Source: Cladosporium halotolerans (taxonomy: Eukaryota). From it: DNA of 64,000 nucleotides. The DNA lies in contig NW_027191496.1 of assembly GCF_011745625.1 (NCBI RefSeq), positions 1-64,000 of the forward strand, in the 5' to 3' direction. The translations under genes and the position numbers were made by a program. The notes under the pieces are model-generated. The model saw only the letters and a program-made list of their open reading frames with translations, did not search any database and was not told where the DNA came from. The number at the start of each line of letters is the position of its first letter. The first letter of the stretch is position 1. This document shows positions 63,016 through 64,000 of this stretch, piece after piece.

Positions 63016-64000
63016 ATGGCGACAGATTACAAGACCCTCGCGGGTCAAGAATTCGACAGAGCAGCATTTGAGTCGCTCATGAAGCGCAAGAACTTCTACT
63101 GGCAATCATTTGAGCCCCATGGCCCGGTCAAGGGTCTCTTCGACTATGGCCACCCTCTCGCCACTCTTGAGGCTCAGTTTCTCACCATCTGGCGCGACCA
63201 CTTCGTCCGCAAGGAGCGCATGCAGGAGCTCAAGTGCGCAATGATCACACCTTACAACGTCTTCAAGACTTCTGGCCACGTGGACAAATTTGCCGACTTC
63301 ATGTGCAAGGATCCCAAGACTGGCGAGATTCTCCGTGCGGACCACTTGATCAAGGATGTACTGGAGGCTCGTCTCAAGTCTGACAAGGAGGCCCGCGGCG
63401 AAAAGGTCGAGGAAGCCGCTGAGGACCCTAAGAAGAAGAAGAAGCAGGCCAAGGCTACCAAGGGTGCCGTCAAGCTTGATGACGAGGTTCGCAAGCAGTA
63501 CGAATTCCTGCTCGCTACTCTGGACGACTACACTGGTGATGACATGGGTGAGCTCATTAAGAAGCACGACATCCGCAGCCCTATCACTGGCAACGAGGTC
63601 GAGCCTCCGGTCTCTGTCAACCTTATGTTCCAGACTCAGATTGGCGCTACCGGCAAGGAGCCTGCTTTCCTTCGCCCCGAGACTGCTCAGGGCCAGTTCC
63701 TTTCTTTCCAGCACTTGCTCGAATACAACGACGGTAAGATGCCATTCGCCTCTGCATCCATCGGTTACTCTTTCCGCAACGAGCTTTCCCCCCGCTCCGG
63801 TCTCCTGCGTGTTCGTGAGTTCCTGATGGCCGAGATTGAGCACTACGTCGATCCCGAGAGTGGCAAGCAGCACTCTGGCTTTAAGAAGGTGCGCGACCTG
63901 AAGCTGCCCCTCCTGTCTCGCCAGACACAGAGCGAGGGCGGCTCGGAGCCTACCGTCATTACCATCGGCGAGGCTGTCGACACCAAGCTCGTCGACAACG
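63016..64000 (+). CDS. GRS1: Glycyl-tRNA synthetase (eukaryotic alpha2 type), 3'-truncated by the window edge; probable upstream GTG start at 62896
   Basis: Absent from ORF track (no stop in window); GLFDYG, KTSGHVDKFAD, LRPETAQGQF, SFRNELSPRSGLLRVREFLMAEIEH. Confidence 0.95.
   Translation, partial: MATDYKTLAGQEFDRAAFESLMKRKNFYWQSFEPHGPVKGLFDYGHPLATLEAQFLTIWRDHFVRKERMQELKCAMITPYNVFKTSGHVDKFADFMCKDPKTGEILRADHLIKDVLEARLKSDKEARGEKVEEAAEDPKKKKKQAKATKGAVKLDDEVRKQYEFLLATLDDYTGDDMGELIKKHDIRSPITGNEVEPPVSVNLMFQTQIGATGKEPAFLRPETAQGQFLSFQHLLEYNDGKMPFASASIGYSFRNELSPRSGLLRVREFLMAEIEHYVDPESGKQHSGFKKVRDLKLPLLSRQTQSEGGSEPTVITIGEAVDTKLVDN

Overview
Gene-dense window of a filamentous ascomycete (Pezizomycotina, possibly a Dothideomycete; taxon is inference). 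It has short GT-AG spliceosomal introns with CTRAC/CTAAY branch points and about 31 protein-coding genes. Housekeeping genes (ALR1-type Mg transporter, SPC1, RBX1, RAD21, PMR1, WDR70, PNP1, FCF2, SEC12, alpha-actinin, TRS33, MDH, FLX1-type carrier, NDUFB3, CAF1/POP2, GRS1) surround an accessory-looking block at 10-24 kb (FAD oxidase, GPI protein, 7-TM protein, GrpB, hybrid histidine kinase, P450, PTH11-like receptor). I found no tRNA, rRNA, transposon or CRISPR array. The strongest signals are RNA-level mechanisms that the ORF track misses. (1) A [D1,2] spliceosomal twin intron (stwintron) in a hexose transporter gene is needed to remove an in-frame stop. (2) A terminal intron in malate dehydrogenase has two acceptors 4 nt apart that switch the C-terminus to a PTS1-like PKL. 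(3) A box C/D snoRNA in the FCF2 intron has a guide that predicts 25S Am2256. (4) Glycyl-tRNA synthetase has a probable GTG-initiated mitochondrial presequence. (5) More speculatively, a telomere-template-like motif sits in a structured 4-kb gene-free gap and could mark a telomerase RNA locus. All splice models were worked out by hand and are untested.
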